From assembly GCA_030704615.1 (NCBI GenBank), contig CM060732.1, positions 79,174,001-79,238,000 on the forward strand: 64,000 bases of DNA. Direction: 5' to 3'. Origin of the DNA: Takakia lepidozioides. Lineage: Eukaryota; Plantae; Bryophyta. Of this stretch, positions 63,184 through 64,000 are shown piece after piece. The position numbers and the translations under genes were made by a program. The notes beneath the pieces were generated by a model, which had not been told where the DNA came from, searched no databases, and was given only the letters and a program-made list of their open reading frames with translations. Every line of letters begins with the position of its first letter. The first letter of the stretch is position 1.

Positions 63184-63618
63184 AAGTAATTAGATTGAGG
63201 ATTCGTCCTTGGAACTTGGTATTAAGATACATATGGTTATGGTATGGATACTTCATTCCCATTTGCAGGGGAAGGGTAAGGGTTTAGACGTAACAATGGC
63301 GTAGGGTTTTGTTTAGGGTTCCCGACGAGGGTTTAGGGTTTGGGTTGAAGGCAGAAATGGTGAGCATACATGCCAGAAGACTCGCACTCGCTACAACTTA
63401 GTGTTGTTAGTAAGGTAGTACTAAGCAAAAAAAAATGAAAACCTAATATTATGGAAGTGTAGTCATTGCATCGGACAAGTATTTAAATGAAAGACTCGTA
63501 CTTGGAACCTGGTATTAAGATACATAGAAAGCAAAGTTCGATAAAAAAGGTAAGTGCATGTCAATCCAAACCAAAGGCAAAACCTTGCGCAAGGTGAAGG
63601 ACGAAGAGATTTGAATAA

Positions 63619-64000
63619 TGTCATGGTTTTAGTCATGGTTATCTAGAATTACCTACTTCTAGTTAACTAGGACATTTTAGATATTTATATTTATATTTTG
63701 TGTGTTGGGACTTCATTTGGTCTCACATGCCAAGTGAGGTGTCGAGCCTCACTTGAGACATGGAGATAGGTTTTCCCCTTGTGAGTGTTGAGGAGGCTTA
63801 TCTTCTTGTAGTTGAGCCTCCATGAGCTTCTCTCACCTCCATAGCTCTAGGTATTGAGAGGGAGTGCGTTGAGGGCTTTGTAGGGTGGATTCCTTTAGCA
63901 AAGGTGCCCTTGGCTTGACTTAGTTTATGTGATAGAGTGGATTTCACTTGGAAGGACTAGGGCTTGTTCTTCATGTGATTGCTTCATGCTTTGAGAGCTT
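63619..64000 (+). repeat. Highly diverged A-like LTR of another related family (runs off the window)
   Basis: Begins TGTCA. It has hairpins CAAGTGAGG/CCTCACTTG and GGAGGCTTA/TGAGCCTCC, and GTGCCCTTGGCTTGACTT at positions equivalent to A. Confidence 0.55.

Overview
A eukaryotic, almost entirely transposon-derived window. It is most likely from a green plant, probably a non-seed land plant; this is inferred from the TE families, a plant-type GNAT gene, GT-AG introns and TTTAGGG-like words. The only ordinary host gene is a GNAT acetyltransferase (1847-2437, minus strand). The rest is a nest of TEs: a degenerate Crypton/DUF3504-type tyrosine recombinase (plus an inverted copy), a decayed Ty1/Copia, a Sola-like DNA transposon with a ParB-like ORF, a 14.5-kb MULE (9-bp TSD), and three copies of an unusual Ty3/Gypsy element. 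The Gypsy polyprotein reads gag-PR-[DNMT3-like C5 cytosine methyltransferase]-RT-RH-IN-PHD. Its termini are not ordinary LTRs but a split arrangement, A...B-gc-A-B. The TSD-defined ends match a palindromic site inside the PPT/PBS-defined LTR, which suggests integration of a 2-LTR circle. Its PBS is complementary to a hairpin loop of its own LTR rather than to a tRNA. The MULE carries a spliced ParB + beta-class (N4C/N6A-type) amino-methyltransferase gene and phased arrays of a 22-bp palindrome. Several local inversions and duplications are present. Many 1-bp frameshifts may be sequencing errors.
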